From positions 3,157,670 through 3,221,669 of the forward strand of contig OY759717.1 of assembly GCA_963662525.1 (NCBI GenBank): DNA of 64,000 nt, given 5' to 3'. Positions 49,870-59,369 of the stretch are shown here, piece by piece. How positions within the stretch are numbered: the stretch's first letter is position 1; each line of letters starts with the position of its first letter. The DNA comes from Bacteroidales bacterium. GTDB taxonomy: Bacteria > Bacteroidota > Bacteroidia > Bacteroidales > FEN-979. Position numbers and translations under genes: made by a program. The notes beneath the pieces were generated by a model. It saw only the letters and a list, made by a program, of their open reading frames with translations. It searched no databases and was not told the origin of the DNA.

Positions 49870-50798
49870 CAGAAAATCAGCTCGTCAACCTGTGCTTTAT
49901 CCGCCATGAGTTGCTTTTTTAATTCTTCTATTGTCCCGAGTACTTTCTCTTCCCGGATTCTCTTATGAAAAAGAATAGTCACTACCTGTCCTTCAATATT
50001 TCCGTAGTTTTCGAACAAATGCGTTTCAACCAGGGTGTCCAGTGGATTCGTTTCGTTTTTACGGATGAAACACATTCCTCTTGAAAAGCTGTCTTCTCCT
50101 ATCACGGTAACTGCATATACTCCGTTTGGAGGTACCAGTTTGCAATCTTCCTCGATTTTTACCGAGTAGCAGGGAAATCCTATTTCCTCAAGGATGGGAG
50201 GACTTTTTGATACCGGTCCTTTGATGATATACTGATGATCGAGATAAGCATTAGCTTTCTGGATATTCCCATCCTGTAAGGCTTTCCTGATCTTTGTGGA
50301 ACTGACCGATTCATTCTGGATATCCTGTTCGGGAATCTCTTCCACTTCAAATCCGTATTCATAGCCCAGCTTTCTGAGGGCATCATAATCCCCTTCGCGG
50401 TTGTGGCCAAAATGGTGGTTGAATCCGATGACTATTTTTTTCGCATGGAGCTTGCTAATCAGGATATTTCGGATAAAATCGACTGAAGTGATCTTGGAAA
50501 ATTCAAGGGTAAAGGTCACAATGATGAGGTTATCCAGGCCGGCTTTTTCGAGCAGCTCAATTTTTTCCCGCTGGGAATTGATCAGAAAAAGGCCTTTGCC
50601 TGCAGTTTCAGGATATAAAACTTTTCTGGGATGGGGATGAAACGTGATCAAGACAGTTTCTCCATCGATTTCATTGGCGATTTTTTTTAATCTTTGCAGG
50701 ATGACCTTATGGCCGATATGAACTCCGTCGAATGATCCAGTGGTGATCACTGCATTCCGGATTTCACCTGCCTGGTCGAAATCATGAAATATTTTCAC
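49869..50798 (-). CDS. ribF: Bifunctional riboflavin kinase / FMN adenylyltransferase
   Basis: GSFDGVHIGH, FHPHPR and a C-terminal riboflavin kinase barrel. GTG start; its stop overlaps the next start (ATGA). Confidence 0.9.
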   Translation of the reverse strand: MKIFHDFDQAGEIRNAVITTGSFDGVHIGHKVILQRLKKIANEIDGETVLITFHPHPRKVLYPETAGKGLFLINSQREKIELLEKAGLDNLIIVTFTLEFSKITSVDFIRNILISKLHAKKIVIGFNHHFGHNREGDYDALRKLGYEYGFEVEEIPEQDIQNESVSSTKIRKALQDGNIQKANAYLDHQYIIKGPVSKSPPILEEIGFPCYSVKIEEDCKLVPPNGVYAVTVIGEDSFSRGMCFIRKNETNPLDTLVETHLFENYGNIEGQVVTILFHKRIREEKVLGTIEELKKQLMADKAQVDELIF

Positions 50799-50810
50799 AG
50801 TATTAACTTT

Positions 50811-51452
50811 CTACTTAAATCGTTCGTCGTTTTTCTTGGCAAAAAATGCCACTTTCTCCAGGGAAGTTATCATATCATATTCTTCCAGGTAAACATAAGG
50901 AGGAACATTGAGTGGTTTTGGGGTATAATTCAGAATTCCTTTAATACCAGACAACACCATGGTTTCAGCGATTTCCGGGGCCTGTTCAGTGGGAACAGTG
51001 ATAATTCCGATGGAAATATTGTTTTGTCTGATGATATCAGCCATCTGGTTCATATGATAACAGGGTACTCCATCATAAACCCGGTTGATTTTTTCAGGGT
51101 TAATATCGAAAGCAGCAATGATGCTGAGTTTCGATCTTTTTCCTTTGAAATAGCTGATCATGGCCTTCCCCAGGTTCCCCAAGCCGACAACAGCTACCCT
51201 TTGTCCTTTTTCTGAATCAATGATCTTACCGATGAGTTCTATCAGTTCCTTGATATCATAACCCTTTCGCAGGTTTCCGGAGTACCCGATCAGCATCAGG
51301 TCCCTTCTCACTTGAACCGGAGTAATATGAAGCATCTGCGCAATTTCATGGGAAAATACATGGGTTTTTTCCTTGGAAAGGATCATTAGCAATGCACGAC
51401 GGTACTGGCTTAACCTTTCAACGGTCTTATGCGGTAAATTCTTTATGAACAT
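50811..51452 (-). CDS. rex: Redox-sensing transcriptional repressor Rex
   Basis: Collinear with B. subtilis Rex as I recall it: winged-helix N-terminus (VERLSQYRR, RRDL..IG..G..GKGY) and Rossmann motif VVGLGNLGKA, GILNYTP. Confidence 0.85.
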   Translation of the reverse strand: MFIKNLPHKTVERLSQYRRALLMILSKEKTHVFSHEIAQMLHITPVQVRRDLMLIGYSGNLRKGYDIKELIELIGKIIDSEKGQRVAVVGLGNLGKAMISYFKGKRSKLSIIAAFDINPEKINRVYDGVPCYHMNQMADIIRQNNISIGIITVPTEQAPEIAETMVLSGIKGILNYTPKPLNVPPYVYLEEYDMITSLEKVAFFAKKNDERFK

Positions 51453-52576
51453 GGTTTGTCGATTGGAAGTCTGAGTTTAAATGTGCTGCCCTGATCCGGA
51501 ATACTGGTCACTTCAATAATTCCTGAATAATTATCGATTAATTTCTTTACGATGGAAAGACCTAATCCGGTTCCGGTTATATTTTTAGTTTTTTCATTTT
51601 TTATTCTGACAAAATCATCGAAAATCTTTTCAAGATCAGCCGCACTCATTCCGATTCCGGAATCGACAACAGTAATTTCGATGCAACCTTCATTTTCCTG
51701 AGCAGTGCAATCCACGGTTCCACCATCCTTATTATATTTAATGGCATTGGAAATAAGATTGTTGAAGATAATTTCCAGTTCATCTGCATCAGCTTTGATC
51801 ATCAACTGTTCAGGTCCATGAAGAGTCATTTTCACTTCCCGTTGAATGGAGTAGGGACGCATGGTGTCCATGGCGGTTCTGATTACCTGGATCAATTCAA
51901 CGTCCGTGATATTTCTTTTATTTTTTCCGGATTCAACTTTTGTGAGGTCTAGGAGATCGAGGATAAGTGTACGCATCCCTTTAATCCTGTCAAGGGAACG
52001 GTCGATCATGACATCATAATCATCCAGGTTGTTTCCCTGCTGTCTTTCCCTGATCATTTTAAGGTAACCTTCGATAGCATTAAGAGGGGCTTTTAACTCA
52101 TGGCTGAGAACCGATAAAAAGGTAAAGCGGATCTGTTTCCCGGTATCCTGCAACTTGGTGGTCATCTTTTTCAGAAAGACCCGTTTGGTGATATTTTCGA
52201 TAGAGGATTTTAATTCCTGGGGAGTAAAGGGTTTCGGGATGAAATCATAGGCTCCATCACTGGTGGCTTTTACTGCCAGTTCCAGGGATGCATAGGAAGT
52301 AATCATGACAACTATAATGTTTTTTTGCTTCTTCTTAATATATTCTAGGACTTCTACTCCCTGGATTCCGGGGAGTTTATTGTCAAGAAGAAGAATATCC
52401 GGAATATCATTTTCAATGATTTCTATCCCGGCTTCACCGGTAGAAGCTTCAAGAACTTCAAAATCGAAGGCTTCATCCATGAAAGGATAATCGACTCTGA
52501 AGTTTCTTAAAATACGGCTTACTCCGCTTCGGATGCCGGGTTCATCATCAACGACGAGTATTTTCAGTGTTGGCAT
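51443..52576 (-). CDS. Receiver-histidine kinase (REC + HisKA + HATPase_c, no other sensor domain)
   Basis: REC (ILVVDDE..LLLDNKLPG..KPF), H-box SHELKAPL, N/G boxes (ISNAIKY, GTGLGLSIV). The last 10 nt overlap the rex start. Confidence 0.85.
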   Translation of the reverse strand: MPTLKILVVDDEPGIRSGVSRILRNFRVDYPFMDEAFDFEVLEASTGEAGIEIIENDIPDILLLDNKLPGIQGVEVLEYIKKKQKNIIVVMITSYASLELAVKATSDGAYDFIPKPFTPQELKSSIENITKRVFLKKMTTKLQDTGKQIRFTFLSVLSHELKAPLNAIEGYLKMIRERQQGNNLDDYDVMIDRSLDRIKGMRTLILDLLDLTKVESGKNKRNITDVELIQVIRTAMDTMRPYSIQREVKMTLHGPEQLMIKADADELEIIFNNLISNAIKYNKDGGTVDCTAQENEGCIEITVVDSGIGMSAADLEKIFDDFVRIKNEKTKNITGTGLGLSIVKKLIDNYSGIIEVTSIPDQGSTFKLRLPIDKPCS

Positions 52577-52597
52577 GGTCAGTATTTCACCCCAAAT

Positions 52598-52996
52598 TTA
52601 GTGGAAAATAAGCAATTTATCAATTTCCGCCTTCAATAGTTCAGAACGTATTCCTTTATCAAGGAAACAATCGGCTTTGATCCATTTCCGGTTGTTCTCA
52701 TCGTTGATATCGAAACTGATACCGGTTTCGGCAGCCACTCCCGTCGCAATAATGATGGGAACATCGGGATATTTCTTTTTCATTTTATAGCATAAGATGA
52801 AGCCGCTGTCCTCATTTTCCATCATCAGGTCAAGAATAGCAAGATCTGGTTTTGTTTTCTCAATCAGTGCTTCTGCCTCTTTCTGACCTTCAGCAGTAAT
52901 GGTTTTAAATCCGAACTTTTCCACTTTCAACTTCAATTGAAAAAGATAATCCTGATCGTCATCCACGATCAGAATAGTTATGTTCCCAGGCTTCAT
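52598..52996 (-). CDS. Stand-alone response-regulator receiver domain protein
   Basis: ILIVDDD..LAILDLMM..PIIIATG; 132 aa with no output domain. Confidence 0.8.
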   Translation of the reverse strand: MKPGNITILIVDDDQDYLFQLKLKVEKFGFKTITAEGQKEAEALIEKTKPDLAILDLMMENEDSGFILCYKMKKKYPDVPIIIATGVAAETGISFDINDENNRKWIKADCFLDKGIRSELLKAEIDKLLIFH

Positions 52997-53003
52997 ATTC
53001 GAT

Positions 53004-53071
53004 TAATAATTAATAATTAATAATTTCTTTTACCAACTCACCAACTCACTAACTCACCAACTCACCAACTC
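53004..53071. repeat. Intercistronic tandem repeats: TAATAAT x3 (53004-53024), then the 8-nt unit ACCAACTC x5 (53032-53071)
   Basis: taataat taataat taataat ... accaactc accaactc actaactc accaactc accaactc. This forms most of the 76-nt spacer between the HydS-kinase stop and the REC start. Confidence 0.9.
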
Positions 53072-53072
53072 T

Positions 53073-55055
53073 TTACTTCCCTCTCGGAATGGTAACCCTG
53101 AACGTTGTTCCTGTTGTTCCTGCAGTTGGATCATTATTGGAGTCAACATGGATCTTGCCTTTGTGCATTTTAACAATTCCATAGATCAAAGCCAATCCAA
53201 GTCCGGTTCCCTTTCCCATTTCTTTCGTTGTAAAAAACGGAGTAAAAATTCTATCCATATTTGCTTTAGATATTCCCGTTCCTGTATCTGTAACCAAAAA
53301 GATTATTTCGCTTTCATTACCCTCTACACTCACTTTCAGGTTTCCGCCTGCAGGCATAGCCTCGATGGCATTTTTTTCCAGGTTAGTCATAACCTGCATC
53401 ATCTGATCAATATCGAGGCATGCCATAGGATCCGCAATATTCGGCTCAAATGTAAAGCTGACATTTTCAGGTTTTATAATAGAATTGAGGCTGTGTGCGG
53501 CAAATTTGACCACATCCGTTTCCGACAGGTTGACCTGGTTTTTTCTGGCAAAGTTCAATAATCCGCTGACGATTTTCTTACAACGGTCAGCTTGCTCCAC
53601 GATGAGTTTGAGATCCTCTTTAACTGCATCGTCTTCCTTTGCCTCGTCCATCAGAATATTACTGTACATAGTGATAACGCCAAGCGGATTATTCAGTTCA
53701 TGGGCAATACCGGCAGAAAGTTGACCCATATGGGCTAGTTTTTCGGACTGTTTCAAGGCGGCTTTTGCTTTGGCCAGCTTCTCATTGGAAATATTCAGGC
53801 TGCTGATGGAATCATGAAGTTTCTCAATGGCGAAAGGAAGACACATTTCTGTTTCAGCAAGACCATTCACGATGGCACTGGCATGATCGACACATGTATC
53901 GTATCCGCAGGCACCACAATTCAGATGATCCTTTGCGGTAAACTTTCCCATGGCATGAAGTGCTTCCAGGACTTCCTCGTTGGTGGGTGGTGCCAGCCGT
54001 CGGTCTTCAGGTGTGAAATGCTGGGATAAGTCAATGTCACTGAATTCATTCATTTCCTTATCCCACAATTCCTTATTGATATTCCTGAGTTTATTATATG
54101 CATATTTTCCAATAGCAGCGCTCCGTGAGAACCTTTTCCCTCCGGGGGATGTTCCGGGTCCCATGATGCAACCTTCACAGCATAATAACATCAGGTTCTT
54201 ATCTTTGATCAACCCGTCTTCATATTCTTTAATAGCTTCTTTGTAATTGATCCGTCCTTCAGCAACAATGACATGTTCTTCAGGGATGGTTTCTGCTCCA
54301 TTGGCGGTATGATATAAACCCCTGCTGATTGGGAAGATCGCTCCTTTTCCTGAATATGGAGGATCAAAATCAGAGGGTTCAACCTCATTAGGATGAATGT
54401 TCATATCCTGGAACATCTCACGAAGTTCAACAAAGGTAAGTACTTCATCAACCTCAAGGGTTTCGGCTTTTTTTGCAAAACATGGGCCAACGAAAACTAT
54501 TTTAGTCTCTTTGCCATATTTTTTACGCAGTATTCTTGTCATGGCAACCATGGGAGATGCAATCGGGGCAAGATTTTCGACGAGTTCGGAGTGGTAATGC
54601 CGGATAAAATAAACAATGGCTGGACAATCAGATGAGATTATCCCAACCCCATCATTTGATTTGATTTTTTTTTCATATTCCCTGGCAACGACATCCGCAC
54701 CAAATGAGACTTCGGTGACAAAATCAAAGCCAAGTCGACGCAGCATCCCGACTAAAACCCGGTGATTTTCTATTTCCGTGAACTCAGCAGGAAAACTTGG
54801 GGCTATACAAACGGCAATTTTTTTATCCGACTGTAAAAGAATTTTAACCTCTTCCGTTGAACGTAATGGATATTTTGCGCCCTGGCTGCAGACTTTAACA
54901 CAATTTCCACAACCAATACAGCGGTCGTTGATAACCTCAGCCTGGCCATTGATAATTTTTATGGCTTTAACCGGACATTCCCTGAGACAGGTATAGCAAA
55001 CCCGGCACCTGTCCTTCAGTGTAAAAACCAATTGCCTGTGATAAGAATGACTCAT
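53073..55055 (-). CDS. HydS-like sensory [FeFe]-hydrogenase domain fused to a histidine kinase
   Basis: N-terminal 2x[4Fe-4S] ferredoxin motifs. H-domain motifs are altered from the catalytic form (SSDCPA, GPCFAKKAE, LCCEGCIMGPG). A Cx2Cx4Cx16C motif follows (CGACGYDTC...EMC), then a coiled coil, H-box AHELNNPL and HATPase GTGLGLALI. The start overlaps the hydA stop (TAATG). Confidence 0.8.
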   Translation of the reverse strand: MSHSYHRQLVFTLKDRCRVCYTCLRECPVKAIKIINGQAEVINDRCIGCGNCVKVCSQGAKYPLRSTEEVKILLQSDKKIAVCIAPSFPAEFTEIENHRVLVGMLRRLGFDFVTEVSFGADVVAREYEKKIKSNDGVGIISSDCPAIVYFIRHYHSELVENLAPIASPMVAMTRILRKKYGKETKIVFVGPCFAKKAETLEVDEVLTFVELREMFQDMNIHPNEVEPSDFDPPYSGKGAIFPISRGLYHTANGAETIPEEHVIVAEGRINYKEAIKEYEDGLIKDKNLMLLCCEGCIMGPGTSPGGKRFSRSAAIGKYAYNKLRNINKELWDKEMNEFSDIDLSQHFTPEDRRLAPPTNEEVLEALHAMGKFTAKDHLNCGACGYDTCVDHASAIVNGLAETEMCLPFAIEKLHDSISSLNISNEKLAKAKAALKQSEKLAHMGQLSAGIAHELNNPLGVITMYSNILMDEAKEDDAVKEDLKLIVEQADRCKKIVSGLLNFARKNQVNLSETDVVKFAAHSLNSIIKPENVSFTFEPNIADPMACLDIDQMMQVMTNLEKNAIEAMPAGGNLKVSVEGNESEIIFLVTDTGTGISKANMDRIFTPFFTTKEMGKGTGLGLALIYGIVKMHKGKIHVDSNNDPTAGTTGTTFRVTIPRGK

Positions 55056-56773
55056 TAACTTGTTTGTTTTATGCGCGAAATATGCAGAAGTTCATGGTTC
55101 CGTTCACTTCCCTGCTTTCCAAGGAATTTTTCATAGATATCAGCCAAAACAGGATTTTTATGAGCAACCTTAATCATTTCTTCTTCATCCATGTCATAAA
55201 GTGCTTTCATGCGACTTTTTAGACTTTTCTCATCGCTTCCGATACGCTGACCGCCACCATTTATACAACCAAAAGGACAAGCCATCACTTCGATCAGATG
55301 AATATCATCTCTTCCTGACTCAATTTCGGAAAGCAAGCTTTTAATATTTGCAAGGCCGCTGACAGCCACGACATTGATAAGCTGTTTCCCGATTTTTATT
55401 TTAGCTTCTTTTTTTGTTTTTAATCCCCGCAAATCCTGAATTTTCAAAGGGCTGAGTTCCTGGCCAGTCATCATGAAATGAAGAGTGCGGAGAATCCCTT
55501 CCGAGGCTCCGCCCGAGATGCCAAAGAGTTTTCCTGCAGAACTGCACATGCTGAAAGCAGTATCGGTGGGTTCCGGCTCTATATTATTGAAATCAATACC
55601 AAGTAAATGAAAAAGTTTGACCAGTTCGCGGGTAGTCAGAACAGCATCCACCGCATGTGTTTTGTCATCTTTCAACAAGCCAATGGAGGCTTCATGTTTT
55701 TTTGCTGTACAGGGCATAACGGAAACGACAAAAACATTTTCAGGAGCATGACCTGCCGAACGGGAAATATAGTTTTTAATCATATTGCCCATCATTTGTT
55801 GAGGCGATCTTGCAGTGGAAAGGTGAGGTAGAAGTTCAGGACGAAGATCTTCAATATATTTCACCCATGAAGGACAACAAGCTGTGAAAAGCGGAAGTTT
55901 TCCATTTTTGTTTAAACGTTCCATAAGTTCAGTAGCCATCTCATTGATGTTTATATCAGCGGAGAAAGCAGTATCAAAGACCTGACGGAAACCAATTTTT
56001 TTCAAGGCTGTCCTGAGCAGGTTGATAATATCTTTGTTAGCCCTGATGCCAAGGTCTTCAGCCATAGAAGCCGGAACTGTCGGGGAAAACTGGATGACAT
56101 TGTGTAAGGATGGATTGTTCAGCGCTTCTATCACTGTATGAATGCTTGATCTCTCGGTAAGTGCGGCAGTTGGACAAACCATAATGCATTGTCCGCATTT
56201 TACGCAGGTCAGCGAATTCAAACCTTTATTATAAGTAGTCCCGATTCTGCTGTTGCTTCCTCTTCCCATAACATCAATGGCGGAGACACCGATCAATTCA
56301 TCACAGACTCTCATACACCGGCCGCATAAAATACACTTTGCGGGATCCCTCTCAATGCTGGTACAGGCTTTATCGATTTTTACCGTTGGGGGTTTAGCAT
56401 GATATTTTCTTTCCCTGATATTGAGTTCAACAGCCAATGACTGGAGTTCACAATTTCCGCTTCTTTCACAATAAAGACAATCATCAGGATGATTGGCCAG
56501 CAATAATTCCACGATGGTTTTACGGGCTTTCATGACCCGTGGAGAATGAGTGCGGATTTTCATCCATTCTTCTACATTATGTGAACAGGCAGGTACAAGT
56601 CCGGGTAAACCATCTACTTCCACAATACACATCCGGCATGCACCGGTAGGAGTAAAGCTGCTCATATTGCATAATGTGGGGACTTTGATTCCGTTACGCT
56701 GTAAAACTGTCAGAATGGTCTCCCCGCGTTTGGCAGATAAAGTTTGATCGTTAATTTCAATATTGAAGAGCAT
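55055..56773 (-). CDS. hydA: [FeFe] hydrogenase catalytic subunit HydA (HydABC type)
   Basis: N-terminal 2Fe-2S and NuoG-like clusters, 2x[4Fe-4S], and H-cluster motifs FTACCPSW, VMPCTAKKHE, EVMACPFGCINGGGQ. Confidence 0.9.
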   Translation of the reverse strand: MLFNIEINDQTLSAKRGETILTVLQRNGIKVPTLCNMSSFTPTGACRMCIVEVDGLPGLVPACSHNVEEWMKIRTHSPRVMKARKTIVELLLANHPDDCLYCERSGNCELQSLAVELNIRERKYHAKPPTVKIDKACTSIERDPAKCILCGRCMRVCDELIGVSAIDVMGRGSNSRIGTTYNKGLNSLTCVKCGQCIMVCPTAALTERSSIHTVIEALNNPSLHNVIQFSPTVPASMAEDLGIRANKDIINLLRTALKKIGFRQVFDTAFSADININEMATELMERLNKNGKLPLFTACCPSWVKYIEDLRPELLPHLSTARSPQQMMGNMIKNYISRSAGHAPENVFVVSVMPCTAKKHEASIGLLKDDKTHAVDAVLTTRELVKLFHLLGIDFNNIEPEPTDTAFSMCSSAGKLFGISGGASEGILRTLHFMMTGQELSPLKIQDLRGLKTKKEAKIKIGKQLINVVAVSGLANIKSLLSEIESGRDDIHLIEVMACPFGCINGGGQRIGSDEKSLKSRMKALYDMDEEEMIKVAHKNPVLADIYEKFLGKQGSERNHELLHISRIKQTS

Positions 56774-56781
56774 GCTGGTGT

Positions 56782-58731
56782 TTATTTGATATATATAGCA
56801 TTGAATTTACACAGGTCGAAACAGATGCCGCAGCCTGTACACTTTGCCTCCACAATAAAATGAGGCATCTTAATGCTTCCGATGATGGCATTTTCCGGAC
56901 ACTTTTTCTGACAGACATTACATCCGTTACAGGCATCCGGTTCGATATAGAAGGTTCTCAGGTCATGGCAGACACCTGCTACACAACGGCGATCGAAAAT
57001 ATGCTCTTCAAATTCTTCCCGAAACCATTTTAATGAACTAAGGACCGGGTTAGGGGCGTTTTGTCCAAGTCCACATAAGGAAGTATCCCGGATAACTTCA
57101 GCTAGATTCTCTAGCTGTACGACTCCTTTGAAACGTTCCAGCGTTTCGTGGGTGAATTCTTCTTTTGGTCGGCGGGTAATGGCATCGAGAATATCCAGCA
57201 TACGCTTTGTCCCTTCTCGGCATGGGATGCACTTGCCACAACTTTCTTTCTGTAAAAATTCCATAAAATATTTTGACAGGCTAACCATGCAGACTGATTC
57301 ATCAAGAACAATTAAGCCTCCAGGGCCAATGGTTGCACCTATTTCCTGAAGTGATTCGTACCCCATCTCTGTTTCCATATCCTTAGCGGGAATACAAACA
57401 CCCGATGGACCGCCCAGCTGAACTGCTTTTAATGGCTTGCCATTCCGGATACCTCCGGCAATTTTAAAAACGATATCTGAGAGGGTGATCCCCATGGATA
57501 TTTCAATAAATCCGGAATGAACAGCCATCCCTGAGACTGATAAAATTTTCGTTCCTTTACTTTCTTTGTTTCCAATCGCTTTAAACCATGATGGTCCATT
57601 CTCCAGGATTAACGGGATATTGGCAAGTGTTTCAACATTGTTGACAATGGTTGGCTGACCCATGAATCCGGATTCTGCCGGGTAAGGCGGTTTTGATTTG
57701 GGTATGCCGCGCCTGCCTTCCAGGCTGGCAATCAGGGCTGTTTCTTCACCGCAAACAAAGGCACCTGCCCCTTGACGGAGTTGGATCGAAAGATTAAATC
57801 CACTTCCGAATATATTCTCTCCCAGAAATCCATAATCCTTTGCCTGAAGAATGGCTCTTTCTAGGATCCCTAGTGGGTGGGTGTGAATGGATCGAACATA
57901 AATAAAGGCTGTACTTGCACCTATTGCATATGCGGCAATTGCAATTCCTTCCAATACCCGGTGAGGATCAGATTCAATGATTGCCCGGTCCATAAAGGCT
58001 CCGGGATCACTTTCATCGGCATTGCAAATCAAATATTTCTTGTCACTGGCAGTACCGAGGGCTACCTTCCATTTCCTGCCGGTATTGTACCCTCCACCTG
58101 CTCTTCCCCGGAGCTCACTCTGCTCAACTATCTCGCAGACCTTGTCGGCAGTGTAATTCAAGACTGTTTTGTACAGGGAACGATAACCTCCCCAGGCCAG
58201 ATAATCATTAATATTATCGGGCGAAATAATACCCGCATACCTCAGAATATTCCTATGTTGCAAGGCAAAGTAGGGGAGCTGGTCTATATAAGGGAGGTTG
58301 GCCCAATCCTCATGATGTTTGCATCTGTATTGTCCGAGTACGGAATCTTCCGGAATAGCCCGGTGAAATATGGAATGAAGCAGGTCTTCCACTTTATCAG
58401 CGGTTGCATGATGAAATGAAACCCTTGACTTTCCTGGTAGTTGCACATCAAGTAATGGCTCAGCTGAACAGAATCCGGTACATCCGACCGATATCAGTTC
58501 GGCCTCAATTTTATTATCCGACAGAAAATTTTCAACGGCTTCCCGGGTCTGTAATGCGCCAGATATTACACCACATGTAGCGGTTCCGATATAAATGATC
58601 GGCCGCTCAATCTTCTCTCGACGTAATAACATCAAACGGTCTTCAGTGTGTTTATCTAAAATGCCTGAGTAATTCTTCAGAACTTTATCTGTCAGAAATC
58701 CTTTGATATCAGAGGTGCTATTTGAGGGCAT
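56782..58731 (-). CDS. hydB: NuoF-like NAD(P)H-binding flavoprotein subunit HydB
   Basis: Thioredoxin-like N-terminus, GRAGGGYNTGRKW FMN/NADH site, CGKCIPCREG cluster, C-terminal 2x[4Fe-4S] ferredoxin. Confidence 0.9.
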   Translation of the reverse strand: MPSNSTSDIKGFLTDKVLKNYSGILDKHTEDRLMLLRREKIERPIIYIGTATCGVISGALQTREAVENFLSDNKIEAELISVGCTGFCSAEPLLDVQLPGKSRVSFHHATADKVEDLLHSIFHRAIPEDSVLGQYRCKHHEDWANLPYIDQLPYFALQHRNILRYAGIISPDNINDYLAWGGYRSLYKTVLNYTADKVCEIVEQSELRGRAGGGYNTGRKWKVALGTASDKKYLICNADESDPGAFMDRAIIESDPHRVLEGIAIAAYAIGASTAFIYVRSIHTHPLGILERAILQAKDYGFLGENIFGSGFNLSIQLRQGAGAFVCGEETALIASLEGRRGIPKSKPPYPAESGFMGQPTIVNNVETLANIPLILENGPSWFKAIGNKESKGTKILSVSGMAVHSGFIEISMGITLSDIVFKIAGGIRNGKPLKAVQLGGPSGVCIPAKDMETEMGYESLQEIGATIGPGGLIVLDESVCMVSLSKYFMEFLQKESCGKCIPCREGTKRMLDILDAITRRPKEEFTHETLERFKGVVQLENLAEVIRDTSLCGLGQNAPNPVLSSLKWFREEFEEHIFDRRCVAGVCHDLRTFYIEPDACNGCNVCQKKCPENAIIGSIKMPHFIVEAKCTGCGICFDLCKFNAIYIK

Positions 58732-58732
58732 G

Positions 58733-59197
58733 TTATACCGTTTTTTCTTTGATTGACCGGATGATTTTTGTGAGTTTTTCGGTATTCACCCGTGTATAAT
58801 ATTGTTCATTTACCTTGATAACAGGCCCGTGATCACAGGCTCCCATACAACTCACCACCTCGATGCTAAACTTTTTGTCACGGCTTGTATTCCCAGCTTT
58901 TACCTTTAAATGTTTTTCAAGTTCCTTCAGTAATGCAGTTGAGCCATGCAAATGACAGGCTGTCCCTTGGCAAACCTGGACATGATATCGCCCGGGCCGT
59001 CCATGGCGGAATTGATCATAAAAAGCAGCTACGGAATAAATTTTATTCAAAGGAAGACCCAGGTAAGCAGATACCATTTCCAAGGTGTCATCCGTCAAAA
59101 ACCCTTGTTCCTTCTGTATGTCCTGTAATATCGGTAGCAAACCCTCATGTTTGTTCGGGGGATACTTTTCCAGGATCTGGCTAGTTGTTATCTCCAT
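58733..59197 (-). CDS. hydC: NuoE-like [2Fe-2S] subunit HydC
   Basis: VCQGTACHLHG ... VSCMGACDHGPV are thioredoxin-like 2Fe-2S ligands. Confidence 0.85.
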   Translation of the reverse strand: MEITTSQILEKYPPNKHEGLLPILQDIQKEQGFLTDDTLEMVSAYLGLPLNKIYSVAAFYDQFRHGRPGRYHVQVCQGTACHLHGSTALLKELEKHLKVKAGNTSRDKKFSIEVVSCMGACDHGPVIKVNEQYYTRVNTEKLTKIIRSIKEKTV

Positions 59198-59223
59198 AAT
59201 ATCTAAGGAATCAATTATTCTTA

Positions 59224-59231
59224 CAAATATA
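59224..59231 (-). promoter_or_regulatory. Bacteroidota -7 promoter box TATATTTG (minus strand) for hydCBA
   Basis: The plus strand reads caaatata, 27 nt upstream of the hydC ATG. Confidence 0.45.
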
Positions 59232-59278
59232 CTAAAAGAATTTTTATTTTGAATGTTTTACCTGTGAAAAAATTAGCA

Positions 59279-59306
59279 TTGTGAATAAATAAACAAATAT
59301 TTGTTT
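59279..59306. promoter_or_regulatory. Candidate operator: Rex-box-like TTGTGAATAAATAAACAA (59279-59296) overlapping the perfect 16-bp palindrome AAACAAATATTTGTTT (59291-59306)
   Basis: Read directly. The left half-site matches TTGTGAA exactly, and the right half matches TTCACAA at 5 of 7 positions. The palindrome is perfect. Confidence 0.35.
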
Positions 59307-59361
59307 GCATTTCTTTATGAAAAAATATTTCATTATCTATACAACTCTGCTTACTAATTAG

Positions 59362-59369
59362 TATTTTTG
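59362..59369 (+). promoter_or_regulatory. Bacteroidota -7 promoter box TATTTTTG for the PAS-linked hydS paralog
   Basis: Exact TAnnTTTG match 11 nt before ATG 59380. The second in-frame ATG at 59386 may therefore be the real start. Confidence 0.4.

Noticed and set aside
57877-58419. A 180-aa plus-strand ORF within the hydB region.
   Set aside because: It is antisense to the strongly supported NuoF-like gene and has no recognisable motifs.
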